Source of the DNA: an uncultured virus (IMG/VR IMGVR_UViG_3300025138_000028)
Taxonomy: Duplodnaviria > Heunggongvirae > Uroviricota > Caudoviricetes
IMG/VR virus record: IMGVR_UViG_3300025138_000028
Length of the DNA: 20,000 nucleotides
Strand: one strand, 5' to 3'
Below the pieces are notes generated by a model that saw only the letters and a list, made by a program, of their open reading frames with translations, was not told the origin of the DNA and did no database searches. Numbering within the stretch: position 1 is the stretch's first letter; every line of letters starts with the position of its first letter. The position numbers were made by a program, and so were the translations under genes. Below are positions 1 through 8,499 of the stretch, one piece after another.

Positions 1-1
1 T

Positions 2-109
2 GTTTTAAAGTATAATGAAGATGAAATAGATGATATGAAAAAAGAGATAGAACAGGAAATAAAAGATGGTGATATTCCTGACCCGAATGATAATGAGGAA
101 GAAAATTAA
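2..109 (+). CDS. gp20: Portal vertex protein, C-terminal fragment (5' truncated by window)
   Basis: Frame 2 reads VLKYNEDEIDDMKKEIEQEIKDGDIPDPNDNEEEN* (TAA 107-109). This resembles the acidic EI..G.IPDP C-terminus of marine T4-like portals, and it lies upstream of gp67/21/22/23. Confidence 0.75.
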   Translation, partial: VLKYNEDEIDDMKKEIEQEIKDGDIPDPNDNEEEN

Positions 110-121
110 AGGATATAGGCC

Positions 122-3100
122 ATGAGAGATATTCTTAATTATATAGCCTATCCTAGCGGACAGTCTTTCACTACAGATTTAAGAGATAATATTAGCTTAA
201 CTTTTCCTTCTGGAACAACTAATATTTCTGTATCTATTGAACTAGAATTTGATACATTCTATAATCTATTTCGTGCATGGAAACCTGTAGAAGTAAATGG
301 TGTAAATGTAGAAAATAGTTATCCTTTCTTCAAAAGTGGATTATTTCTTTGGGAAATAACAACTGATTTAGTAATTTCTCCTAATACAACATCTTTTGTA
401 ATACAAACTTATGGTACTCAAAATGCTGCCGCACTAGGATCTGAGATTTGGACTATAGTAGGTCAACCTACATATACCAATCTAACATATAATATTGAAG
501 GTACTGTAGTTGATAATATAGTTGACAGTGGATCTCAGACTGTAACAGAACAAAGTCAAGATAGCTTCTATATTCCTCCAGTATCCCAATCTTTTGATTC
601 TGGTGTTATAGGATCATTTGGCTCTCTTGTTGCGGATAGTGCCACACTTTCTGCATTATTCTCAATAGCGGGTAGTGTTACTAATCTTGTTACAGATAGT
701 GCTAAGATTAATTTTATTAGCGGAAAAGGATTGATTTATGATTCTGGTATTATAAATCAATTCCATTCTGAAAGTGCTACTATTATTAATCTAGAAACTA
801 ATACAATCAACAACATTACTCTAACTTCAAATAAAGCTAATATTGTAGAAGCAACAGGATTGACTTCTAGATTTCATCAACATATAAGCGATAAAATAAC
901 ACTTGATAAGTCTATAAGAGTAGGTCGATATTTTCTAGATGCTGGAATATATGATAGCTTCAATGGAAGGGCTATTGGTGCTAACTTAGATGCTTTAGTT
1001 GCAGATAATTTTGGAGGTTTTTATTATTTAAAAGATGACTCCCAAGAAGCACATTTAAAATATGATGAAGTCGATAAGAAGTGGTCATTTTATCCAAATT
1101 TATTATTGAACGATATTGATAGTGATGGCATCAGAGACAGTGAAGTTATAGATAAAACGCCTTTAGGTAAAGGTGAAACAGGACAATTTTTATTTTACTC
1201 AGATAATGAATATGGTTGGGATTATCCTGTTTTAGAAGGAAAATATGCTTATGATAGTTTTGACCTTAATAAGCAGTTAAATAGAATACCTGATCCAATA
1301 GGACTTATAAAAGAAAAAGAAATGACTAAGTACTCATATTTTAGTCATAGTTACAAAACATTTAATCAGTTTGATGCTTCACATTCGGATTATACTAATC
1401 TAAATAAGTCAACTCAAAATAATTTTTATCCTAATGTTAATAGTTATGTAAACTACGTTGACGCTACAAAATCTTTTGACACAATCAATATAGACAGCCA
1501 CAGAACTGCTACGGATTCAGAAGATATATACTTGAAGAATAGTTTTAATGGAGTTTTATCTCCTAAATCTAGTAATAGATTCACACTATCAGCCAAAGTA
1601 TCTGCTACAGATAGCTTCAATCAAGCAGGTGCAATAGTTCTTATTGGAGCACATGTTGAAGATGCCGGTAAAGATCATACTTTGTCTTTAGTGAGAACCG
1701 TAAGTTCCAGTTATCCTTCAGGTCTAGATTCAGATCAGGTTGCGGTAGGCGACTCTTATAATTTATTTTCTTATGGCATATATTATAATTATTATCAGAG
1801 CGACCAAGTTTTAATAGGTAGAGAGCAAGAACCTGGTGTAATATCTAATCTTAATAGAAGTTGGGAAAATACTGGCTATTCTAAACTTTTTATTGAAAAG
1901 AATGAAAAATATATTAAATTTATGGCTTCTGACTGGAACGATAGTGTTCCATTAGCAGAGCATATAGTTTCGTTTAATTTTGACGATCAAAATGCAACTT
2001 GGTCAGATTTAGTAGACCTTAGCATTTTTAATGAGGAAGTAGGACATGGGTTCGGCTTTCATCATGTATCAAATGCAAAAATAACAGATATAAGATATAG
2101 ATCCGCAAACGATGCTGAATTTGGTACAGACGAAAATACTGTAATCGATTTATACAATAGAAATACTCACCTGTGGTACGATAGTTTCAAAGCTGCAGCT
2201 TTTGGTAAAACTAGAGGATATCATAAAGTTGACGTTGACTCTTTTGGCGTCAACATTATGAAAAAAAATATACCAGAAGGTAGATTTTATTGGAATAGAT
2301 ATTTAGATAAAGTTTGGTGGCAATCTGGAACAGGTGCAGACAATACATTTATGTTAAGTAATATTCTTGATGATACTAAACTACCTTTAGGGGAATATTT
2401 AGAAATTACAGCTGGTTCTACTACACCAGCACAAAACAGGCGTTTAGTTAAAAATCGAGTGCCGTTGCAAAGAATAAATTCTAATTTTGGCGTAACTCAA
2501 AGCGGAATAACAGTTAGCGTATTTCAAATGTCAGAAGATCCAGATGAAGAATCTGCATTAATTTCTACGGATAATTATTCTACTTACTTTAATACTACAA
2601 ATTCTAATGCATTTGCAGCGAAGTTAAACAGTTTAAGAACAGGCGGAGAAAGAGTTGTTGTTTTAACTTCTTATGGAAATTGGTGGACAGATAATACAAC
2701 CGTTAGAGATGCCGCAAAGGCTCAAGGATTAAGTAAACTTTGGGCAACTTGCGGAGGACCAGAGTCTCTTGCTAATCAACCATATGCTGCCATATACATG
2801 ACTGGAACAACTCAAAAAGTATATGAAACGACAGAAACTAATAATGGAACAATATCTCCTACAATATATTCCATTCTAAGGGACGGTGAATTTTTTGTAT
2901 TGAACGGAACTGCAAATGTAAGCGCAAATTTATCTGGGCCTCATGGAAATATAGAAGCTGAAATTGACGGAAACAATCGACTTACACTAACTAATGGAAT
3001 AATTACAAGTTTAGGAACTCCTAAAAATCTTGTAGACTTAGACTATGATGAACCCACAGATAGAAATAATAATATTTTAATACAGTCTCATAGTTCTATT

Positions 3101-4453
3101 CATAATCTCATAGATGCTTCGGATTCTGGAACAGATAATCATTGGTCTATTCAGAAAAATTTGGATCCATATAATGATACTGTTAGTAATACTACAGGAA
3201 TATTCAAAGTATCTGAAAATGGTGATGTTGATATTACAGGATCACTCACTACAATAACAACAGACAATATGATTGAAGGTACAAATAATATATTTTTCAC
3301 TGATAGTAGAGCGATAGCGGCATTATCAGTTATTAACGACTCTCCAACAGGCGGTGTTGCTACACTAGCTTATAACGATAGCGGAGTCTTTACTTTTACG
3401 CCAGCAGCAACATTATCAGTTATTAACGACTCTCCAACAGGTAGTGTTGCTACACTAGCTTACAACGATAGCGGAATCTTTACTTTTACACCGGCATTTC
3501 TAGGAACTGTGAGTTTGGGTGGAACAGCTCCAATTTTACCTGCAGACGGCACTGCTTGGTTTGATGATGTTACAACTGGAGAAATGTTTGTATATAGTGA
3601 TAGTGCATCAAATTGGATACAAGTTACTGGATCGATCACTTCTTTTTCAGCTATAAGTGGAACACCACCGACTGCACCTTTAGATGGTACTTTTTGGTTT
3701 GACGATGTAACAGACGGAGAACTGTTCATTTATAGTGATAGCGCGTCAAATTGGATACAAGTTACTGGATCGATCACTTCTTTTTCAACAATAGGCGCAA
3801 CGCCTCCAGCTGCACCTTTAAATGGTACTTTTTGGTTTGATGATAGCGCAACTGGAGAACTATTTATTTATAGTAATGAGGCATCAAATTGGATACAGGT
3901 TACTGGTGTAGTCGCTAATGTAGCATTTTCTAATTTAACAAGTACTCCAACTACCTTAGCAGGCTATGGAATTACTGATGCTGCAAGTTCATCAAGTGCA
4001 TCAGTTCCTGCCGGCACAGTAATTTATCACGCAGCTAATACTGCCCCTACGAATTTCATAAAAGCTAATGGTGCTGCTATATCAAGAACAACTTATGCTG
4101 ATTTGTTTGCAGCTATTGGAACGACATTTGGTACAGGTGATGGGTCTACTACATTTAATGTCCCAGACCTTCGTGGTGAGTTTATGCGGGGCTGGGATGA
4201 CACACGTGGTATTGATGGTAGCAGGGCATTTGGTTCGACGCAAGCTGATCAGATGGAGCAGCACAATCACATTCAATCAAACTACTCACTTCACCAAGGA
4301 TTCGGTGGCGGGACTGGCGGCGTAGTTGTTCGAAGCCCTGCAGACGTCCAGTACGGCAATCTTTCCACCATTTTGGGCAATAGGGGCGGCACAAGCAACA
4401 GCAGCGAGAATCGACCCCGCAACGTAGCATTGTTGGCTTGCATTAAATATTAA
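122..4453 (+). CDS. Long multidomain fibre / virion structural protein with internal repeats and C-terminal phage tail-collar domain
   Basis: 1443-aa ORF with RBS AAGGA at 109-113. The C-terminus has PTTLAGYGITDA, the tail-collar motif VPAGTVI...ANGAAISRTTYADLFAAIGTTFGTGDGSTTFNVPDLRGEF.RGWD, an HNH metal motif and the ending RPRNVALLACIKY. It also has a TTDN..EG.NN.FFT..RA fibre motif and tandem repeats. Confidence 0.85.
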   Translation: MRDILNYIAYPSGQSFTTDLRDNISLTFPSGTTNISVSIELEFDTFYNLFRAWKPVEVNGVNVENSYPFFKSGLFLWEITTDLVISPNTTSFVIQTYGTQNAAALGSEIWTIVGQPTYTNLTYNIEGTVVDNIVDSGSQTVTEQSQDSFYIPPVSQSFDSGVIGSFGSLVADSATLSALFSIAGSVTNLVTDSAKINFISGKGLIYDSGIINQFHSESATIINLETNTINNITLTSNKANIVEATGLTSRFHQHISDKITLDKSIRVGRYFLDAGIYDSFNGRAIGANLDALVADNFGGFYYLKDDSQEAHLKYDEVDKKWSFYPNLLLNDIDSDGIRDSEVIDKTPLGKGETGQFLFYSDNEYGWDYPVLEGKYAYDSFDLNKQLNRIPDPIGLIKEKEMTKYSYFSHSYKTFNQFDASHSDYTNLNKSTQNNFYPNVNSYVNYVDATKSFDTINIDSHRTATDSEDIYLKNSFNGVLSPKSSNRFTLSAKVSATDSFNQAGAIVLIGAHVEDAGKDHTLSLVRTVSSSYPSGLDSDQVAVGDSYNLFSYGIYYNYYQSDQVLIGREQEPGVISNLNRSWENTGYSKLFIEKNEKYIKFMASDWNDSVPLAEHIVSFNFDDQNATWSDLVDLSIFNEEVGHGFGFHHVSNAKITDIRYRSANDAEFGTDENTVIDLYNRNTHLWYDSFKAAAFGKTRGYHKVDVDSFGVNIMKKNIPEGRFYWNRYLDKVWWQSGTGADNTFMLSNILDDTKLPLGEYLEITAGSTTPAQNRRLVKNRVPLQRINSNFGVTQSGITVSVFQMSEDPDEESALISTDNYSTYFNTTNSNAFAAKLNSLRTGGERVVVLTSYGNWWTDNTTVRDAAKAQGLSKLWATCGGPESLANQPYAAIYMTGTTQKVYETTETNNGTISPTIYSILRDGEFFVLNGTANVSANLSGPHGNIEAEIDGNNRLTLTNGIITSLGTPKNLVDLDYDEPTDRNNNILIQSHSSIHNLIDASDSGTDNHWSIQKNLDPYNDTVSNTTGIFKVSENGDVDITGSLTTITTDNMIEGTNNIFFTDSRAIAALSVINDSPTGGVATLAYNDSGVFTFTPAATLSVINDSPTGSVATLAYNDSGIFTFTPAFLGTVSLGGTAPILPADGTAWFDDVTTGEMFVYSDSASNWIQVTGSITSFSAISGTPPTAPLDGTFWFDDVTDGELFIYSDSASNWIQVTGSITSFSTIGATPPAAPLNGTFWFDDSATGELFIYSNEASNWIQVTGVVANVAFSNLTSTPTTLAGYGITDAASSSSASVPAGTVIYHAANTAPTNFIKANGAAISRTTYADLFAAIGTTFGTGDGSTTFNVPDLRGEFMRGWDDTRGIDGSRAFGSTQADQMEQHNHIQSNYSLHQGFGGGTGGVVVRSPADVQYGNLSTILGNRGGTSNSSENRPRNVALLACIKY
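3321..3496 (+). repeat. Tandem direct repeat, 2 copies, 90-bp period (LSVINDSPTG.VATLAYNDSG.FTFTPA)
   Basis: 3321-3406 and 3411-3496 differ at 6 of 86 positions, all transitions. Confidence 0.95.
3518..3908 (+). repeat. Tandem repeat, 3 copies, 138-bp (46-aa) period: P..P..GT.WFDD...GE.F.YS..ASNWIQVTG
   Basis: The WFDD TGG codons are at 3557, 3695 and 3833. 42 bp are identical at 3608-3649 and 3746-3787. Confidence 0.95.
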
Positions 4454-4465
4454 GGAGACACATGT

Positions 4466-4861
4466 ATGAACGTATATCAAACTGACATTAATGGTGTCTA
4501 CTTAGGCACAACAACAGCAGACCAAGACCCTTTAGATAACACTAATTGGCTCATTCCAGCAGGTTGTGTAGAGACTGCACCTCCAACAATAACCGACAGC
4601 CAGCTTGCAAAATGGGGTGGTACAGAGTGGGTTGTAGAAGATATTCCTACTGTGGAGCCTGACCCAGAACCTGAGCCTATCGCACCAGAAGTTTCAGCCC
4701 GTAGAAAACGTGACGGACTATTGATGACCTCAGATTGGACACAAGTTAATGACTCTCCTGTAGATAAGTCTGCATGGGCAACATATAGACAACTTTTACG
4801 AGAGGTACCAAGTCAAGCAGAATTCCCAAACACAATTGTATGGCCTACTAAACCCGTATAG
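4466..4861 (+). CDS. Tail fibre assembly chaperone (C1)
   Basis: Follows the fibre, RBS AAGGAG. N-term Y.G...AD.DPL....WLIPAGCVETAPP, C-term R.KRD.LL..SDWTQ..D.P.DK.AWATYRQ.LR.VP.Q..FP..I.WPTKP. Confidence 0.85.
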   Translation: MNVYQTDINGVYLGTTTADQDPLDNTNWLIPAGCVETAPPTITDSQLAKWGGTEWVVEDIPTVEPDPEPEPIAPEVSARRKRDGLLMTSDWTQVNDSPVDKSAWATYRQLLREVPSQAEFPNTIVWPTKPV

Positions 4862-4890
4862 AGTATGCATAATCAGGAGAAAAAAGAATG
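4841..4890 (+). repeat. Chaperone-end/intergenic/RBS repeat (copies 4841-4890, 6858-6907, diverged 7301-7347, partial 9749-9769)
   Basis: TGGCCTACTAAACCCGTATAGAGTATGCATAATCAGGAGAAAAAAGAATG vs TGGCCCACTAAACCCGAATAGAATATGCGTAATCAGGAGAAACGAGAATG, 44/50 identical. Confidence 0.9.
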
Positions 4891-5583
4891 CCATATCCAT
4901 TAAACCCGACAACTGGTGATGAATATATTTTAGGATCAAAAACTTGGAAATACAATGGTTCGCGCTGGGTAAAATTAGGACTTTCACAAACTGTATCTGC
5001 AGATGTAGCATTCTCCGATTTAACAAGTAAGCCTTCTACATTAGCTGGCTATGGAATTACAGATGGGGCAACATCAGTTCCAGCTGGTATGATTATGCCT
5101 CACACTACCGCAACCGAGCCAGCGGGTTGGCTTGAATGTGATGGCGCCGCTGTTAGTCGCAGCACTTACTCCGCTTTGTTTGCAGTTATATCAGATGATT
5201 ATGGCGCAGGAGACGGGTCAACAACTTTTAACTTGCCAGATCTCAGAGGAGAATTTATCAGAGGTTTCGCAAACAGCTCCGCTAACGATGCAGACAGGGC
5301 GGGCCGTACCAATCGTGGAGATGGCACTACAGGCGATGTAGTTGGTTCTAAACAGTCCGATGCTATTCGTAATATGACAGGTGCTTACGGTTCAATTGTT
5401 GGTTGGCACACTAGCAGTTACTCAGTTAGCGGTGTATATTTTACAGGCTCATCGGGTAGTTACATAACTAATGGGTCATATGGTTCTGGTGGACACGTTC
5501 ACTTTAACGCTAGTAGACAGGTTCCTACAGGCTCGGATAATAGACCTACTAACGTACAAATGATGTACTGCATTAAAATATAG
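4888..5583 (+). CDS. Short fibre F2 with tail-collar domain and P2/Mu-like tip
   Basis: RBS CAGGAG. N-term YP.NPT.GD...KTW.Y.G..W, then KPSTLAGYGITD, the collar motif GWLECDG.AVSRSTYSALFAVI...TTFNLPDLRGEFIRG, and the tip DAIRN.TG...FNASRQVPT..DNRP.N. Confidence 0.85.
   Translation: MPYPLNPTTGDEYILGSKTWKYNGSRWVKLGLSQTVSADVAFSDLTSKPSTLAGYGITDGATSVPAGMIMPHTTATEPAGWLECDGAAVSRSTYSALFAVISDDYGAGDGSTTFNLPDLRGEFIRGFANSSANDADRAGRTNRGDGTTGDVVGSKQSDAIRNMTGAYGSIVGWHTSSYSVSGVYFTGSSGSYITNGSYGSGGHVHFNASRQVPTGSDNRPTNVQMMYCIKI
5017..5076 (+). repeat. 60-bp perfect direct repeat, copy 1 (copy 2 at 8628-8687; diverged copies ~3919-3986 and ~7464-7533)
   Basis: GATTTAACAAGTAAGCCTTCTACATTAGCTGGCTATGGAATTACAGATGGGGCAACATCA is identical in F2 and F4. 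Confidence 0.95.
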
Positions 5584-5591
5584 GAAATATA

Positions 5592-6392
5592 ATGACAAAA
5601 ATTCTTCATTTTGTATCTGGTTTACCTAGATCATGTTCTACACTCTTGTGTAATCTTTTAGCTCAGAATCCAAGAATACATGCAAGTCCTACAAGTGCAT
5701 TGCATGAAATAGGGTACATGTCTCGTCACATATTTCAGTCTGAAGAGGCTTCTTTTGTTGACAAAGAAAGTGTACTAAAACCTATGTACTTAGATTATGT
5801 TAGAGGTGGATGTGCAAATGCTTATAACAGTCTAACAAATCGTCCAGTAGTAGTAGATAAACACCGTTCTTGGATTGGGCACTCAGATCAACTGTTTCAA
5901 TTGTGGCCAGAAGCGAAGGTGATTGTTCCAATCAGAGATATTAGAGGTGTAATTTCTAGTATGGAGAAAAAAAGAAGAAAGCATCCTGAGTTTTTAAACC
6001 CTATAGAATTACAAAATCCTTATAATTGGACAACAATTGAAAAGCGTGTTCAAAGTTGGTTAGGCAATACACCTGTTGGTATTGCTATTGATAGATTGCT
6101 TGATGCTTCTACAAGATTTAGTGATAGAATAATGTTCGTACATGCAGAAGAATTGACAAGTAATCCTCAAGAAACGATGAACAAAATTTGGAATTATCTA
6201 GGAGAACAACCTTTTAATCACGATACTAAAAATGTGTTGCAGTATACTAAAGAAATTGATGCTGGTTTTCCTTACGGTGATCATGTTATTAAGCAAGAGA
6301 TAGAGCCTTTAGAAAAGGACTGGAATAAAATTTTAGGAGCTAATATATCAGAAATGATAAATCAAGAGTTTAAATGGATAAACGATCTGTAG
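5592..6392 (+). CDS. PAPS-dependent sulfotransferase (P-loop sulfotransferase family)
   Basis: 5'-PSB loop FVSGLPRSCSTLL, VVDK, 3'-PB-like AKVIVPIRDIRGVISS, and (Y/A)EEL..NP...M.KI..YLG. Confidence 0.85.
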   Translation: MTKILHFVSGLPRSCSTLLCNLLAQNPRIHASPTSALHEIGYMSRHIFQSEEASFVDKESVLKPMYLDYVRGGCANAYNSLTNRPVVVDKHRSWIGHSDQLFQLWPEAKVIVPIRDIRGVISSMEKKRRKHPEFLNPIELQNPYNWTTIEKRVQSWLGNTPVGIAIDRLLDASTRFSDRIMFVHAEELTSNPQETMNKIWNYLGEQPFNHDTKNVLQYTKEIDAGFPYGDHVIKQEIEPLEKDWNKILGANISEMINQEFKWINDL

Positions 6393-6407
6393 CAAATAGG
6401 AGACACT

Positions 6408-6878
6408 ATGACGAATCTATATAATTACGATAAAAATACTAAAGAGTATATCAATACTACTATAGCAAAACCTGATCCCATAGATGGTATTGATCGTATT
6501 CCTGCTAACGCTACTACGGTTGCCCCTATGACTGTAGCTGAAGATCGATTGGCTTGTTGGGATGGCACTAATTGGGTTGCTAAAGAAGATCATCGTGGAA
6601 AAGATTTTTGGACTAGTGGCCTTCAGATAGAACCTGAAACTGTTAATTGGATTGGACCTATGCCAGCTGATAAATTTTTAACTAAACCTGCTTTAACGGA
6701 TGCAGAGGCTTCAGCAGACATTCGCTTTAGACGTGATATGCGTTTGAATACCTCAGACAAAAATGCTCTCCCTGACCGTATTACAGACGCTTGGATTGCG
6801 TATAGACAGGAATTAAGGGATGTCCCAAAACAAGCAGGGTTTCCTCACAATATAACATGGCCCACTAAACCCGAATAG
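6408..6878 (+). CDS. Tail fibre assembly chaperone (C2, Tfa-like)
   Basis: YNYD..TKEY...IPANATTVAP...WDGTNW...EDHRG as in lambda Tfa-like proteins. C-term W.AYRQELRDVP.Q.GFP..ITWPTKPE. RBS AGGAG. Confidence 0.85.
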   Translation: MTNLYNYDKNTKEYINTTIAKPDPIDGIDRIPANATTVAPMTVAEDRLACWDGTNWVAKEDHRGKDFWTSGLQIEPETVNWIGPMPADKFLTKPALTDAEASADIRFRRDMRLNTSDKNALPDRITDAWIAYRQELRDVPKQAGFPHNITWPTKPE

Positions 6879-6904
6879 AATATGCGTAATCAGGAGAAAC
6901 GAGA

Positions 6905-7321
6905 ATGTCTATTACAATTACACAAGTGCGTAATGCACAATCACTTAACGCAGACAACACTCAAATGGATGTAGAAATTAATCATCCCGATTACGGTTGG
7001 ATACCTTACACTTTGGACCCTACCGACACTGATATGACTATCGATAACAATGCTGTAATGTCTTTGATAAGCACAAACTTTACATCTTATGTAGCACCTA
7101 CTCAAGCAGAGTTAGATGCAGAACTTGAAGCAAATCTAAGAAGTCAACGTGACCAGAAGTTAGTAGAAGAATTGGACCCTATAGTAACTAACCCTTTACG
7201 TTGGGCAGAACTTACATCTGATAAGCAAACAGAGTGGACACAATATAGAACTAACTTATTAAATGTACCACAACAGTCAGGGTTTCCTACAAATGTAACT
7301 TGGCCAGATAAACCTGTATAA
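6905..7321 (+). CDS. Tail fibre assembly chaperone (C3, HP.YGWIP type)
   Basis: RNA......D.EINHPDYGWIPYT.DP.D, then NPLRWAEL...Q.EW..YR..LL.VPQQ.GFPT.V.WP.KP. RBS CAGGAG. Confidence 0.85.
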   Translation: MSITITQVRNAQSLNADNTQMDVEINHPDYGWIPYTLDPTDTDMTIDNNAVMSLISTNFTSYVAPTQAELDAELEANLRSQRDQKLVEELDPIVTNPLRWAELTSDKQTEWTQYRTNLLNVPQQSGFPTNVTWPDKPV

Positions 7322-7324
7322 ATA
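7317..7324 (+). promoter_or_regulatory. T4-type late promoter TATAAATA
   Basis: Exact consensus overlapping the C3 stop codon, 20 nt upstream of the F3 ATG. gp55 is encoded in the window. Confidence 0.7.
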
Positions 7325-7344
7325 TACAATCGGGAGAAACAGAA

Positions 7345-8499
7345 ATGGCATATCCAACAAATCCAACGACCAGTGACACCTATGTTTTAGGAACAAAAAC
7401 TTGGACCTACAATGGCACGAACTGGGTAAATCAAGCAACGTTTGCATCCGGTAGCAATGCTGGTGTAGCATTCTCAGATTTAACAAGTACTCCAACTACA
7501 CTATCTGGCTACGGAATTACAGATGGTGCAACAGGAACAAGTGAATCAGTTCCAGTTGGTACAATAATTTATCATTCAGCCAACACACCACCTACGAATT
7601 TCATAAAAGCCAATGGTGATGCTGTATCGAGGACAACTTACTCTGATTTGTTTACAGTTATTGGAACAACTTTTGGTAGTGGTGACGGCTCTTCCACGTT
7701 CAATGTCCCTGACCTTCGTGGTGAGTTTCCCAGAGGTTGGGATGACAGTCGTGGAATTGATAATGGTCGTAACTTTGGCTCATCTCAAGCTGATGAACTA
7801 AAGGCACACACTCACACATTCTCAACACACTATAATACAGGGGCTGGCGGCGTACCACTGCAGGGGACTTCTTCCCCAGTAGGGACTGTTACCACAAGTA
7901 GCACTGGCGGATCAGAAACCCGCCCAAGAAACATAGCCCTACTTGCTTGCATTAAATATCAAGCAACCTCTTCTGGTGGCGGTGGCGGTGGCGGTTCTCT
8001 CAGCAACATAGTTGAAGATACTACACCACAGCTTGGTGGCAATCTGGACGCACAGACATTTGATATCACTACTACAGGAAAGATACTATACGCGAATATG
8101 TATGCTACAGAAGGTGATTTGCCAAGTGCGACCACCTATCACGGTATGTTTGCACATGTTCATGGTACAGGAGCAGGTTACTTTGCTCATGGCGGTAATT
8201 GGATTAAACTAGCAAATCATGCAGACCTGAGTAGTGCAGGTAGTACAACCTTTAATGCCATTGGAACTTATTGTTTGGGGTTCTATACTGGTCTTGGCAC
8301 TCACAATGGAGGTGCTACTTTCTCAGGAAGTTCAATTGCTACTGCTAATACTTATGCCGGTGGTGGTGGCTGGAGTGGATCTAGTACTTCTACTTTATCA
8401 GGAACTTGGCGCCTTATGGGAAACATAGGCTATTATAATCAAGGTAGCACTGCAAGTAACGCAAACGTATCCGGCAGTTTATTTGTGAGGATTTCATAA
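7345..8499 (+). CDS. Short fibre F3: tail collar, Gly linker, extra domains, GTWRLMG-type tip
   Basis: Same N-term module and PTTLSGYGITD junction. Its collar is close to that of the long fibre, with an HTH motif and an internal RPRNIALLACIKY. It continues with Gly7, EDTTPQLGGNLD, LPSATTYHGMFAHVHGTG and LSGTWRLMG...LFVRIS. Confidence 0.85.
   Translation: MAYPTNPTTSDTYVLGTKTWTYNGTNWVNQATFASGSNAGVAFSDLTSTPTTLSGYGITDGATGTSESVPVGTIIYHSANTPPTNFIKANGDAVSRTTYSDLFTVIGTTFGSGDGSSTFNVPDLRGEFPRGWDDSRGIDNGRNFGSSQADELKAHTHTFSTHYNTGAGGVPLQGTSSPVGTVTTSSTGGSETRPRNIALLACIKYQATSSGGGGGGGSLSNIVEDTTPQLGGNLDAQTFDITTTGKILYANMYATEGDLPSATTYHGMFAHVHGTGAGYFAHGGNWIKLANHADLSSAGSTTFNAIGTYCLGFYTGLGTHNGGATFSGSSIATANTYAGGGGWSGSSTSTLSGTWRLMGNIGYYNQGSTASNANVSGSLFVRIS

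Noticed and set aside
3321..3908. CRISPR-like array
   Set aside because: The repeats are in-frame protein-coding tandem units (90 and 138 bp) without unique spacers, and there are no cas genes.
4001..7960. Diversity-generating retroelement (TR/VR pair) among the tail-collar repeats
   Set aside because: Differences between collar copies are spread over all bases and are largely synonymous, not adenine-specific. No reverse transcriptase is in the window.
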